NCBI GenBank assembly: GCA_946186925.1
Contig: CAMHPA010000008.1
Location: forward strand, 6,028-70,027
DNA length: 64,000 bases
DNA from: an uncultured Bacteroidota bacterium
GTDB taxonomy: Bacteria; Bacteroidota; Bacteroidia; Bacteroidales; SZUA-534
Direction: 5' to 3'
Shown here: piece after piece, positions 46,413 to 57,390 of the stretch
Layout of the letters: every line of letters begins with the position of its first letter
How positions within the stretch are numbered: the first letter of the stretch is position 1
Translations under genes and position numbers: made by a program
The notes under the pieces: generated by a model
Databases searched by the model: none
Told to the model about the DNA's origin: nothing
Seen by the model: the letters and a program-made list of their open reading frames with translations, nothing else

Positions 46413-49400
46413 ATGAGGAAACATGGACTATGGAAATTGGCAGTTATGATACTACCAATGATGTTGCTGTCATTCAGTGTTCTTGCTCAGAAACACCAGG
46501 TTTCGGGTAAGATAGTGGATGAAACGCAAATGCCTGTTCCGGGAGTGAACGTTGTAATTAAGGGTACGACGGTTGGAACAATTACAAATGGCGATGGAGT
46601 ATTCTCACTGCAAGCCGCTGACAAAGACGTGTTGGTTATCACCTACATCGGCTATGCCAATCAGGAGATAGCTGTTAATGGCGCGGGACCATACAACATA
46701 GCCTTGCAACCCGATGTGGTTGGCTTGGATGAGGTTGTTGTTGTCGGATACGGCCAGCAGAAAAAAGCCTCGGTGGTGGGAGCTATTGCACAGACATCGG
46801 GCGCCACACTGCAGCGTGCCGCAGGTGTGAGCAACCTTGGCGCTGCTCTGACAGGTAACCTGCCGGGCGTTATCACTTCGCAGGGCACTGGCCAGCCGGG
46901 TGAGGACGATGCTAAAATTCAGATCCGTGGTACAAGCTCTTGGAACGGTGATGAGCCGCTTGTACTGGTTGATGGCATAGAGCGAGCGATGAAAAGCGTT
47001 GATATTTCATCGGTGGAGTCAATATCAGTTTTGAAAGACGCATCGGCGACAGCTGTTTACGGTGTGCGTGGAGCCAATGGTGTTATCCTTATTACAACCA
47101 AACGTGGTGAGGAAGGCAAGGCCCGCATCGACGCTGGATTTACAACAACGGTTAAGCGCGTGTCGAAGTTGCCAAACAAGCTTGACTCTTATGATGCTTT
47201 AGTGGCTCGTAATAAAACAATTGAGCAAGAGTTGTCCATTACACCAACAGAGTCGTGGGCTTATATTACTCCGCAAAGTGAGATTGAAAAATACCGCGAT
47301 CCGAATGGACCGACCACGGTGATAGAGAATGGTGAGGAGAGGCAGACCTTGAATAAGGAGCGTTACCCGAATGTCGACTGGCAAGACGAATTGTTCAAGG
47401 ACCAGGCCATTTCATACAACGCCAATATGAGTATCAGTGGAGGCTCAAATTTTGTTAAATACTATACATCGGCTGATTATGTGTATGAAAGCGACCTTAT
47501 GCGTGTCTTTGACAACGACCGTGGCTATAAGTCGGGCTATAGCTACCAACGTGTGAATGCGCGTAGCAACCTCGATTTCTCGCTGACAAGAACAACCACA
47601 TTCCGAATCAATCTGTATGGTTCGATCGGTATTAAGAAAGCTCCGCGCGCGTTTGCAGGCAGCGAGTGGCAGGAAGGCCAGCGCTGGGCCGGAGCTTATA
47701 ATATTGCTCCAGATGTGTTCCTGCCAAAGTACGATGATGACTCGTGGGGATATTATCCGAATGCGTCGAACGTAACAAACTCGGCGAAGAACCTTGCAAT
47801 CAGCGGTATGGCTAAAACCACTACCAACACTATTACCACAGACTTTATTCTGGAGCAGAATCTTGATTTCGTTACAAAAGGATTGAGTTTCCGTGGTAAT
47901 GTGTCGCTTGATAACAAATTTGAAGAGTCTGGCCGTGGTGTCCGTGATGATTATAATGACGTCAAGGAAAAATGGATTGACCCCAAAACCGGAATTGTTA
48001 ACGTGCGCCAGACGATTGATCCTAAGACCGGCCTTGACTGGATGGACGACAAGGATAGAAAATGGAGCAATGACGCAGGAGGCATGAACAACTGGGCCAC
48101 ATTCCGCAAGTTATATTATCAGTTGCAACTGAACTGGGTGCGCGATTTCGATTTGCATAAAATAACAGCAATGGCATTGTTCTCGCGCAATCAGGAGGCC
48201 ACAGGCACCCAAATTCCATCGTACCGTGAGGACTGGGCGGCTCGTGTCACCTACGGATGGAACAACCGTTACAATGTGGAGCTTAACGGCTCGTACAACG
48301 GCTCAGAGAAATTTGCCGAGAACAATCGTTTTGCAATGTTTGGCTCTGGTGCGCTGGGATGGACAATATCTGAAGAGAATTTCTTCGCATTCCTGAAGGA
48401 TAACCACTATATTGATATGCTGAAAGTCCGCGCATCACTAGGAGTGACTGGTAGCGATAATTCCGACGCATTCCTGTATATGGACGAATGGAGTGTTGGC
48501 GGTTCGGAGGGGAGTGTTGCAAATTCGTCAAGAATGGTGCTTTCAGGTACTGACTATAGTCCTTTCCAATGGTATCGTGTGAGCAAGCTCGGCAACAAGG
48601 ATGTGCATTGGGAGTCGGTGCGCAAGTTCAACTTTGGTATCGATTACTCGTTGATTCAAGGCTTGCTGGCCGGTAGCGTTGAGATTTTCCGCGATAAACG
48701 CTACGATATATTAGTTAAGGGCTCTGATCGTGCAACTCCGTCGTATTTCGGCATGGACGTGCCGGTGTCGAACTTGGGAGAGGTCAAGGCTCGCGGTTAT
48801 GAAATTGAACTTCGTATCAACAAGCAGTTTAACCGAGATACCCGTGTTTGGGGTAATTTCAGCATGACTCATAACGAAAACAAAATCATATCGCGCGACG
48901 ACCCGCAGCTTATGCCTAACTACCAAAAGTCTGAAGGATACGCAATCGGCCAGACGCGTTCGCATATCGATGCGGGATTCATCAACAATATTGATGAGCT
49001 TTACGGTAGTCCTGCATTCGCGACTGATGACCGTTTCCGCATGCCGGGCAGTTACTATATTGTCGATTTCAACGGCGACCGTGTGATTGACAGCAAGGAC
49101 AGCGCCCCATATCAATACACATCGACACCAGAGAACACCTACAACGCAATTGTGGGCTTTGAGTGGAAGGGATTCAGCTGCTTCGCCCAATTCTATGGTG
49201 TAACCAATGTCACCCGCGATGTCGGGTTGACAAGCTTCGGCAATAAGCTGAACACAGTTTACGATTTCGGATCGACATGGACAAAGGATAATCCTAATGC
49301 CGAATACACAATCTACCATTGGGCTACAGCCTCATCAAGCAGTGAGGGGTATGGTACCCAATATCAGTTCGACGGATCATATATCCGCTTGAAGAATGTG

Positions 49401-49598
49401 GAGCTTGCCTACTCATGGAACGATGGCTGGATTAAGAAGATAGGCCTTAATTATCTGAAACTCTTTGTAAATGGCAACAACCTTTGGTTATGGACCCGTA
49501 TGCCAGACGACCGCGAGGCCAACTTGGGCGGCGGAGGCTGGTTGGGAGCCTATCCGACAGTTAAGCGTTTAAATTTTGGTCTTAAACTCACACTATAA
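46413..49598 (+). CDS. susC: SusC-like TonB-dependent transporter (XusA-like, cassette 2)
   Basis: Colinear paralog of 34439..37627 with the same motifs. Confidence 0.95.
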   Translation: MRKHGLWKLAVMILPMMLLSFSVLAQKHQVSGKIVDETQMPVPGVNVVIKGTTVGTITNGDGVFSLQAADKDVLVITYIGYANQEIAVNGAGPYNIALQPDVVGLDEVVVVGYGQQKKASVVGAIAQTSGATLQRAAGVSNLGAALTGNLPGVITSQGTGQPGEDDAKIQIRGTSSWNGDEPLVLVDGIERAMKSVDISSVESISVLKDASATAVYGVRGANGVILITTKRGEEGKARIDAGFTTTVKRVSKLPNKLDSYDALVARNKTIEQELSITPTESWAYITPQSEIEKYRDPNGPTTVIENGEERQTLNKERYPNVDWQDELFKDQAISYNANMSISGGSNFVKYYTSADYVYESDLMRVFDNDRGYKSGYSYQRVNARSNLDFSLTRTTTFRINLYGSIGIKKAPRAFAGSEWQEGQRWAGAYNIAPDVFLPKYDDDSWGYYPNASNVTNSAKNLAISGMAKTTTNTITTDFILEQNLDFVTKGLSFRGNVSLDNKFEESGRGVRDDYNDVKEKWIDPKTGIVNVRQTIDPKTGLDWMDDKDRKWSNDAGGMNNWATFRKLYYQLQLNWVRDFDLHKITAMALFSRNQEATGTQIPSYREDWAARVTYGWNNRYNVELNGSYNGSEKFAENNRFAMFGSGALGWTISEENFFAFLKDNHYIDMLKVRASLGVTGSDNSDAFLYMDEWSVGGSEGSVANSSRMVLSGTDYSPFQWYRVSKLGNKDVHWESVRKFNFGIDYSLIQGLLAGSVEIFRDKRYDILVKGSDRATPSYFGMDVPVSNLGEVKARGYEIELRINKQFNRDTRVWGNFSMTHNENKIISRDDPQLMPNYQKSEGYAIGQTRSHIDAGFINNIDELYGSPAFATDDRFRMPGSYYIVDFNGDRVIDSKDSAPYQYTSTPENTYNAIVGFEWKGFSCFAQFYGVTNVTRDVGLTSFGNKLNTVYDFGSTWTKDNPNAEYTIYHWATASSSSEGYGTQYQFDGSYIRLKNVELAYSWNDGWIKKIGLNYLKLFVNGNNLWLWTRMPDDREANLGGGGWLGAYPTVKRLNFGLKLTL

Positions 49599-49609
49599 TA
49601 CTTACGGCG

Positions 49610-51592
49610 ATGAAAAAAATATATAATTCATTCATTTTTATAGGTTTGTTGGGATTCGCACTCTGCGCCAATTTAACTTCGTGCAAAGATTATCTCGACA
49701 GAGAACCGGGAACAAGCGTATCGGCGGATGACGCTTTCAAAGACTTCAAAAACTATCAGGGTTTTATTGAGGAGATATATAATTGTATTCCGGACAAGGA
49801 GAAGTGCAACTGGTGTCCGTCGTGGAACTGGGGTGATGATGAGATTTTCAACCCTGAGGCTGACAACCGAATGACACATCAGGTTGATTTGGGCAACTTT
49901 CGAGCTTGGCGCACGACGGGTAACTGGCTGTACCGCGACGGAAGCGATCCTGCTTTTTCAGGGGTGAACTGCAATGCAGGCAAAACCCATTCACTTTGGC
50001 CTCATTCATGGTATTGCATCCGCAAATGCAATATGGCTATTGATAATATCGACAAAATGATGGGAACAGAAGAAGAACGGGATCTTATTCTTGGCCAGGC
50101 ATACTTCTTCCGTGCTTGGTGGCATTTTGAGCTGATGGAGTATTTTGGCGGACTGCCATACATCAGCAAGACTCTTGACCCATCAAATATTGAGAAACTG
50201 CCGCGTCTGTCGTTCCAGGACTGCGCAGATAGCTGTGCGCGCGATTTCCGCAGGGCAGCCGACTTGCTTCCAATAAATTGGGACAACATATCGGCGGGTA
50301 CGGACTATGGCACCGGAGGCAAAAACGAGTTGCGCGTAAACAAGATTACCGCACTTGGGTATCTTGGCAAATGTCTGCTTTGGGCAGGTTCTCCACTTAT
50401 GGCTAACAACGACAAGGGAGAGCTTGGCGGCGCTAAAACATACGACTACGATAAGACTTATTGCCAACGTGCCGCCGAGTCATTTGGCGAATTGCTAAGT
50501 ATGGTTGAGAACGGAGAAACGCAATACGCACTTGTTGAGTTTAATTACAGCAAAGTTTATGATCACGTAAAGGCAAAAGGCGCAAAGACAAGTTATTCCG
50601 ATTTGTTCTACACTACCAAGCAAAGTTGGAAACTACCAGGCTCAACAGAAGCTATTATGCGAGGTTTGTCGGGATGTGTCGATCAAAACGGCCCAAATGC
50701 GAACAACAGCAACTGGAACACGTCCAAAGTGTTCGGCCCTAAGGGAGGTATAGTTGAGCATGACAACGTTATCCATCAGCCGACAGGCAACCTTGTCGAG
50801 ATGTATGGAATGGAGAACGGACTGTCAATCGACGATCCTGAGTCGGGTTTCGATCCGACACACCCGTTCAAAAACCGTGACCCGCGATTCTATCACGATA
50901 TTGTGTTCGATGGATTCAAATATCTAATCAAGGCAGCAAGCGCGGAAAGACAGCCATATGTTCATTGTGAGCTTTTTACGGGTGGAAATATGCGCTCAGT
51001 GGCAACTGGCAGCCAGACAGGTTATTTCATCCAGAAACTGGTTCCGCACACTTGCAACGTAGTTGATAAAACATATGAATGGGATGGCCAGTTGCACACC
51101 AATTTGTCATATATGCGTTTGGCTGACATTTACTTGATGTATTCAGAGGCATGCGCGGCAGTTGGCGGAGCAAGCTACAAGGCTTCTAATTTTGGCAAAA
51201 CAGCCGCAGATGCCATCAATACCATACGTGACCGTTGCGGTGCCGGGCATGTGGCTGCAAAATATGTGGCTGACAGAAACAAATTCCTGGATGAAGTACG
51301 CCGGGAGCGTGCAGTGGAACTTTCGTTTGAGGGATTCCGTTTCAATGATTTGCAGCGTTGGCTGCTTTTGACCGAGCCTCCATACAATACCAAGTATGCA
51401 ACAGAGTTCAAGCGTGTTCATCCGCAAAGTTGGTACGATGATGAGAACAACGATCCGCGTGACGCGGAAGTTGTAGGTTACACAAGAAGTGTCATACTCA
51501 CCCGTAATTTCGGAACGCAGCACTATTGGTTCCCATTCCCCGATGATGATGTATATATCTATCCAGAATTTGCTCAAAACCCCGGATGGTAA
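49610..51592 (+). CDS. susD: SusD-like lipoprotein (XusB-like, cassette 2)
   Basis: Lipobox LTSC; PDKEKCxWCPSWNWGDDEIFNP shared with 37640..39661; FAQNPGW. Confidence 0.93.
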   Translation: MKKIYNSFIFIGLLGFALCANLTSCKDYLDREPGTSVSADDAFKDFKNYQGFIEEIYNCIPDKEKCNWCPSWNWGDDEIFNPEADNRMTHQVDLGNFRAWRTTGNWLYRDGSDPAFSGVNCNAGKTHSLWPHSWYCIRKCNMAIDNIDKMMGTEEERDLILGQAYFFRAWWHFELMEYFGGLPYISKTLDPSNIEKLPRLSFQDCADSCARDFRRAADLLPINWDNISAGTDYGTGGKNELRVNKITALGYLGKCLLWAGSPLMANNDKGELGGAKTYDYDKTYCQRAAESFGELLSMVENGETQYALVEFNYSKVYDHVKAKGAKTSYSDLFYTTKQSWKLPGSTEAIMRGLSGCVDQNGPNANNSNWNTSKVFGPKGGIVEHDNVIHQPTGNLVEMYGMENGLSIDDPESGFDPTHPFKNRDPRFYHDIVFDGFKYLIKAASAERQPYVHCELFTGGNMRSVATGSQTGYFIQKLVPHTCNVVDKTYEWDGQLHTNLSYMRLADIYLMYSEACAAVGGASYKASNFGKTAADAINTIRDRCGAGHVAAKYVADRNKFLDEVRRERAVELSFEGFRFNDLQRWLLLTEPPYNTKYATEFKRVHPQSWYDDENNDPRDAEVVGYTRSVILTRNFGTQHYWFPFPDDDVYIYPEFAQNPGW

Positions 51593-51628
51593 CAGTTTTA
51601 GTCAATGTTGAATATTAAATGTAAGAAT

Positions 51629-54448
51629 ATGAAATATATACATAATAGAATATTGATATGCGCCACTTTGATATCCTTGCCTTGCGGCTTGTTTGCGCAA
51701 GCAGGTATCGACACAGTAGCCGTGTCTGATGATTCGGTTTACATGGTGAACACCGCATTCAGGAAAGTGGCGCAAGACGATTTGCTGACAGGCATTTCGG
51801 TGGTGAATGTAGAGGAAATGCTGGAAAGCAACTACACAACTTACAGCTTGTCAAACATGGTGTCGATGGCAAATGGCTGGAACGGCTCTAATATGTGGGG
51901 TATGGATGATTATCTGGTTCTTATCGACGGTATGCCGCGTGAGGCTAATAATATCATGCCGTCGGAAATTGCACAGATATCATTTCTTAAGGGTGCAAAC
52001 GCTGTTGCGCTTTATGGCAGCCGAGCCGCCAAAGGCGTATTGCTTATCACTACTAAGCGTGGTCAGTTGAATGAGAAATTGAAGATAGACGGACGCTTTA
52101 ATGTGGGTTTCAATGTGGCTAAAAAGCTTCCTGAATACCTGGGCGCAGCCGAGTATATGCGCTATTACAACCAGGCCAATATGAATGACAATGGTGCGGA
52201 TGCCAAGATTATATACACTGATGAGCAGATAGAAAAATACGAGTCGGGAATCAACCCATACCACTATCCCGATATTGATTTCTACTCGTCGGAGTACATA
52301 AAAAAAGTCTATAACTTCGATGATGCAGTGTTGGAATTCTCAGGCGGAAGCCAAAACGCCCGTTACTATGTCAACATCAACGCCTATACTTATGGCGACT
52401 ACCTGAAGATAGGTGAGGCAAAACACAACCGCACAAATCGTTTAAGCGTGCGCGGTAATGTTGATATGAATTTGAACAAATATATAAGTGCCTACATTAA
52501 TGCAAACGCAACGTTCTATGACGTCAATAGCCGCAAGGGCAATTATTGGTCAGACGCTTCGACAATACGCCCGAACATAAAGCCTAACTTGAAGACTAAC
52601 ACGGCGTTGCTTATTCCTGTTGACATGATATCGGATCCTAACGCAAAGGCACTAATTGGTACTACATCCAATATATTTGACGGAAAATTCCTTGCCGCAG
52701 CCAACAGGGCTGACGTAAACAATGTGTTCGCACAGATTCATGCAGGCGGTAAGACAAAATGGACTAGCCGTCAGTTCCAGTTCGATGCCGGTATGCGTTT
52801 CGATTTGAGCAAGCTGATTGAAGGTCTTGCTTTGAAAGCATCGTTAGGAATGGATTTCCAGACTAGTTACACACAGGAGTTCAATCCTGAATATGCAGTG
52901 TTTATCCCAACTTGGAGTTCTAAGACCGAGACTATCACCAAACTGACAAAGGAAGGTAATGATCTAAACAACGGACAGCAGTCTATTTCAAACAGTACGG
53001 ACAACCGAACTTTATCGGGAAATGCCGCTTTTGAGTACAACCGCAAGTTCGGGAGTCATAACGTTTCTGCTATGGTATTGGGCAACTGCTACCAGCAATT
53101 CCGCTCGGGCGAATATCACGCCATTACAAACGTCAACCTTGGATTCGATTTCAGCTATAATTTCGACAAGCGCTATTATGCTCAGTTCAGCGCCGCCGAG
53201 CCATATTCGGCAAAACTCGCCGAAGGACACCGCGCTGTTTTCTCGCCAACCGGCACTTTGGGCTGGCGATTGAGCAATGAGTCGTTTATGGATGGTGTTT
53301 CGTTCATCGATAATCTGTTGGTTTCCGCATCGGCTGGCGTTCTAAACGAGGATGCCGACATTACCAGCTATTATATGTATGATGGTGTATGGTCAGGAAA
53401 TGGTTGGGGATTCACATGGAACGATGGATCAAACGCAACATCAATAGGACCAAGCCGTGGAGAGAACATAAAGCTTGGCATGATTAAACGTAAGGAGTTG
53501 ACGGCCAGCGTTAAGGCGTCGATGTTTGACAAATTCGTCAATCTTGAGTTTACGTACTTTACCAATAAAATGTCGGGGTACATCATTGGCAATAAAAGCG
53601 ATTGGCCAAACCATATGGCTGAATTTTTGCCATACCTGAATAACAATGAGATTAAACGTACAGGTTTCGATTTTGCGGCTAATTTCAACAAAAAAGTCAA
53701 CGATTTCGACATTACATTCGGTGTTCTTGGAACTTATTACACCACCGAACGTACAATTTACGAGGAAACCCAAATTGAAGATTATCAGCGTACGGAAGGA
53801 AAACCAGATGACGCCATCTGGGGACTTGAGTGCTTAGGTATGTTCCAAAGCCAGGAAGAGATTGACAATTCACCACAACAAACCTTTGACGAGGTTGTTC
53901 GTCCGGGCGACCTCAAATATAAAGACCAGAACGGCGACGGTAAAATCACAGACCTTGACAAGGTGTACCTTGGCAAATGGGGTAGCTATGGCTCTCCGCT
54001 GACAATGGGTTTGAATCTGGTTGTCAAATACAAAAACTTCACATTCCACGCTCTGGGTACGGCGCGGAGCGGATCGTACGGCGCAAAGAACAGCTCGTAC
54101 TATTGGCTGAACAAGGACTCGAAATATTCAGTCATTGCGCGTGACACTTGGACTCCGGAAAACACAAACGCCAAGTATCCCGCTCTTACAACAACGGCAG
54201 GCAGCAACAACAACCGTATTTCTGACTTCTGGCTGTACAAAAACAACTCGTTCAGGTTGGACAAAATACAAATCAGCTATGAGGTTCCAAGTGATGTGTT
54301 TGGCGATTTGTTCATCAAGGGCTTGACCGCATACGTGAGTGGTTCCGATCTGCTTACCATAGCGAAAGAACGTGAACATATGGAAATGAATGTTGGCAGC
54401 GAACCGCAGTCGCGTTTCTTCAACATTGGAGTGAAAGCTAATTTCTAA
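51629..54448 (+). CDS. susC: Short SusC-like transporter (XusC-like, cassette 2)
   Basis: MKYIHN start matches its paralog; ISFLKGANAVALYGSRAAKGVLLITTKRG; terminal GVKANF. Confidence 0.92.
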   Translation: MKYIHNRILICATLISLPCGLFAQAGIDTVAVSDDSVYMVNTAFRKVAQDDLLTGISVVNVEEMLESNYTTYSLSNMVSMANGWNGSNMWGMDDYLVLIDGMPREANNIMPSEIAQISFLKGANAVALYGSRAAKGVLLITTKRGQLNEKLKIDGRFNVGFNVAKKLPEYLGAAEYMRYYNQANMNDNGADAKIIYTDEQIEKYESGINPYHYPDIDFYSSEYIKKVYNFDDAVLEFSGGSQNARYYVNINAYTYGDYLKIGEAKHNRTNRLSVRGNVDMNLNKYISAYINANATFYDVNSRKGNYWSDASTIRPNIKPNLKTNTALLIPVDMISDPNAKALIGTTSNIFDGKFLAAANRADVNNVFAQIHAGGKTKWTSRQFQFDAGMRFDLSKLIEGLALKASLGMDFQTSYTQEFNPEYAVFIPTWSSKTETITKLTKEGNDLNNGQQSISNSTDNRTLSGNAAFEYNRKFGSHNVSAMVLGNCYQQFRSGEYHAITNVNLGFDFSYNFDKRYYAQFSAAEPYSAKLAEGHRAVFSPTGTLGWRLSNESFMDGVSFIDNLLVSASAGVLNEDADITSYYMYDGVWSGNGWGFTWNDGSNATSIGPSRGENIKLGMIKRKELTASVKASMFDKFVNLEFTYFTNKMSGYIIGNKSDWPNHMAEFLPYLNNNEIKRTGFDFAANFNKKVNDFDITFGVLGTYYTTERTIYEETQIEDYQRTEGKPDDAIWGLECLGMFQSQEEIDNSPQQTFDEVVRPGDLKYKDQNGDGKITDLDKVYLGKWGSYGSPLTMGLNLVVKYKNFTFHALGTARSGSYGAKNSSYYWLNKDSKYSVIARDTWTPENTNAKYPALTTTAGSNNNRISDFWLYKNNSFRLDKIQISYEVPSDVFGDLFIKGLTAYVSGSDLLTIAKEREHMEMNVGSEPQSRFFNIGVKANF

Positions 54449-54469
54449 TCACTAAAAAATGATTTGGTT

Positions 54470-56266
54470 ATGAAAATGAATAATCTTATAAAACTGACAT
54501 CGTTGCTGGTTCTTTTCTCGGCTTGCGATGATGTGTTTGAGCCACAAATAGAAAACAACAAAGATCTTGAAACCCTGTTGGTGGTGAACAGTAATGCTAT
54601 GGGGTTGATGATTGCGGGGTATGCACGTCTTCCGTACATCAACGGCACCGAATATGATGTTGCGACCGATGATGCAGTGACTAACGATGAAGGCAACAAT
54701 TATCGCAAGGCGGCAGTCGGAGGATGGACATCGTATATAGATCCATTCGGCAGATATATATATGACCGCCAGACGCTCCAATACATTAACCTTTTCTTTG
54801 AGCAAGCAGCAGGAAAGGCAGTCTGGTCATACACTGCTCTTGATAACCAATTGCTTGACGAGCGTTTCACCGGTGAGGCTTACGCTCTGCGCGCGATTCA
54901 TCTTTTCGATATGCTGCGCCGTCACGCAGGTCCCGCAAATGGCGTAGTGACAGGTGTACCCAATCTGACTCACTCTGAAACGGCTGGTGATAATTTTAAT
55001 GTGGCACGAGCAAGCTTCCAGGAGTGCATTGATCAGATTTACAGTGATTTTGATGAGGCTAAAAAACGATTGGTTCTGGACAACGATGATATCAAAAACA
55101 GTGAGATACCTCAGAAATACAAGGACATGGGCGTTGTAAACGCAGGCACATATAACCGTGTATATGGCAATGCAATGCGTGGCCGATTGTCGAATCGTAT
55201 CATAGAGGCCATTGAGGCACAGGTGGCACTGTTTGCAGCAAGCCCGGCCAATCAGGGTGCATCGGACAAAGATTGGAATTTTGCAGCGGAAAAAGCCGCA
55301 GTTGTGCTCGACCGCATTGGCGGTGTGGCAGGCATGGACCCGCACGGTAACACGTGGTATGCCAACTCTGATGAAATTGACAATGAAGCCGTGGCTGGTG
55401 CGTGCCCGAAAGAGATTCTATGGCGCGGTGACCGTGGTGAGAACAACGGATTGGAGACATCGTACTATCCGCCATCGCTGTATGGTAATGGCACAGTAAA
55501 TCCAAGTCAGAACCTTGTTGACGCATTCCCGATGAAAAACGGCTATCCTATCGCTGATGGAGCGAGTGGGTATAATGCCAACGATCCGTATAGCAATCGC
55601 GACCCACGTCTTGGATTGTATATTGTTTACGATGGTGCCGCATTCGGACCGGTCGACGGACAAACAGGCCTGAAAACGGTTATCAGCACTGCGGTGGATT
55701 CAGAAACTGAAGATGGTTTGAACAAAGAGGTGAAATCGACTAAGACTGGCTATTATCTGCGCAAACACTTGCGCGAGGAAACCAGCCTGAAGAAAGGTGC
55801 CGAAACCAAGCAGTTCCATTATATGGCCCGTATACGTTATACTGAGATTTTCCTTGATTACGCCGAGGCCGCAAATGAGGCTTGGGGACCAACCGCCGAC
55901 AACGGACACGGCTACAGCGCGTATGATGTTGTAAAGGCCATTCGCCAGCGTGGCGGCATTGAAGGCGATGAGTATCTTGAGTCGATAAAAACGGACAAAA
56001 ACAAAATGCGAGAGCTCATCCGCAACGAGCGCCGCATCGAGCTTTGCTTTGAGAACCATCGTTTCTGGGATCTGCGCCGGTGGAAGGCAAATCTTACCGA
56101 ACCGGTAATGGGCGTCAGAATCACAGGCAGTGAAGGAGACAAAACATACGAATATTTCGAGGTGGAAAAGCGTGTGTATGATAATTATATGTACTGCTGT
56201 CCGATTCCGGAGGCTGAGATTCTGAAATGGTCCGCTCTTATTCAAAATGATGGCTGGTCAAATTAG
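54470..56266 (+). CDS. susD: SusD-like lipoprotein (XusD-like, cassette 2)
   Basis: Lipobox FSAC; DVATDDAVTN, RNERRIELCFENHRFWDLRRW, QNDGW. Confidence 0.93.
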   Translation: MKMNNLIKLTSLLVLFSACDDVFEPQIENNKDLETLLVVNSNAMGLMIAGYARLPYINGTEYDVATDDAVTNDEGNNYRKAAVGGWTSYIDPFGRYIYDRQTLQYINLFFEQAAGKAVWSYTALDNQLLDERFTGEAYALRAIHLFDMLRRHAGPANGVVTGVPNLTHSETAGDNFNVARASFQECIDQIYSDFDEAKKRLVLDNDDIKNSEIPQKYKDMGVVNAGTYNRVYGNAMRGRLSNRIIEAIEAQVALFAASPANQGASDKDWNFAAEKAAVVLDRIGGVAGMDPHGNTWYANSDEIDNEAVAGACPKEILWRGDRGENNGLETSYYPPSLYGNGTVNPSQNLVDAFPMKNGYPIADGASGYNANDPYSNRDPRLGLYIVYDGAAFGPVDGQTGLKTVISTAVDSETEDGLNKEVKSTKTGYYLRKHLREETSLKKGAETKQFHYMARIRYTEIFLDYAEAANEAWGPTADNGHGYSAYDVVKAIRQRGGIEGDEYLESIKTDKNKMRELIRNERRIELCFENHRFWDLRRWKANLTEPVMGVRITGSEGDKTYEYFEVEKRVYDNYMYCCPIPEAEILKWSALIQNDGWSN

Positions 56267-56294
56267 TCAATAACAATTTTTAAAATATAAGGAG

Positions 56295-57374
56295 ATGAAA
56301 ATGAATAGATTAATATCTGTCTTCTCGTTGGGCGTTTTAGCATTGTCTTTCACAGCATGCAAAAATGCCGATAAGTCATTCCCCGATTACGATGGCGGAA
56401 CATCAGCTTATTTTGCATATCAATATCCGATTCGCACGCTGGTGCTTGGTAACATTGAAACTTACGACAACACCAGCGACAACGAAGGCCGCTTTACTAT
56501 TTACGCAACTTGCGGCGGTTCATATTCTGGTCTGAACGCCAAAATTGAGGTTAAAATTGACGAGTCACTTACTGATGGCCTCTATTTTGAGGATGGTACA
56601 AAGGTTAAACCAATGCCGAAGGATTATTATACTGTTAGCGGAGAAGAGCTTGACTATGCAGGCGGTTACCGTGGCGGTATCGAGATTCAGCTTAACGACA
56701 AGTTCTTCGCCGACTCATTGTCTATCACCAACAACTATGTTATTCCTGTTGTTATGGGTGATAAATTCTCAGGTGTTGACCAAATAGTTCGCGGAACGCC
56801 TGTTTTTGAAGGCTCAACCCCATCTCGTCATGAAATTGACAAATGGAAAGTTACTCCAGGCGATTTCACATTGTTCTGTGTAAACTATATCAATGAGTAT
56901 ACAGCAACATATCTGCGCCGTGGCGTTGATACTTTTGATAAAACGCAATTTGAAGGTACCATACCAACCGGATACGCAAAAGTTACAGAAAACCGTCGTA
57001 ATGAGTTTATCGAACGTGATGAGGTTGTTAGCACCAAAACTGTTGCAAGGAATAAAATCCTTTTGCCAATAGCTACTACAGAAGTCGCCGGCAAAAACAG
57101 CCCCTGCCAACTTATTCTTACTTTCGATGATAATGGGAATTGTACTATTGAGTCTAACACTGCTGGTTGTACAGCAAAAGGTACAGGCCGCTACTCGAAG
57201 GGGACTGCCATCAAAGCTTGGGGTAACAAAGACCGCGATGAGTTGATTCTTGACTACACTCTCGATTTTGCTAAAGACAATGTCCACTATGCCACCAAAG
57301 ACACCCTTGTTTGGCGTGATCGTGGTACAGTTGCAGGAATAAGGTCTTTCAAGCCAGTTTACAAGGAAGAATAA
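56295..57374 (+). CDS. DUF1735/DUF5627-type PUL lipoprotein (XusE-like, cassette 2, no insert)
   Basis: Lipobox FTAC; colinear with 44491..46038 outside the insert; both end FKPVYKE. Confidence 0.85.
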   Translation: MKMNRLISVFSLGVLALSFTACKNADKSFPDYDGGTSAYFAYQYPIRTLVLGNIETYDNTSDNEGRFTIYATCGGSYSGLNAKIEVKIDESLTDGLYFEDGTKVKPMPKDYYTVSGEELDYAGGYRGGIEIQLNDKFFADSLSITNNYVIPVVMGDKFSGVDQIVRGTPVFEGSTPSRHEIDKWKVTPGDFTLFCVNYINEYTATYLRRGVDTFDKTQFEGTIPTGYAKVTENRRNEFIERDEVVSTKTVARNKILLPIATTEVAGKNSPCQLILTFDDNGNCTIESNTAGCTAKGTGRYSKGTAIKAWGNKDRDELILDYTLDFAKDNVHYATKDTLVWRDRGTVAGIRSFKPVYKEE

Positions 57375-57390
57375 CAGTCGAGTATCATAA

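Noticed and set aside
46301-46510. 69-aa TTG-start ORF overlapping the susC start
   Set aside because: Out-of-frame overlap, weak start codon, no equivalent in cassette 1.
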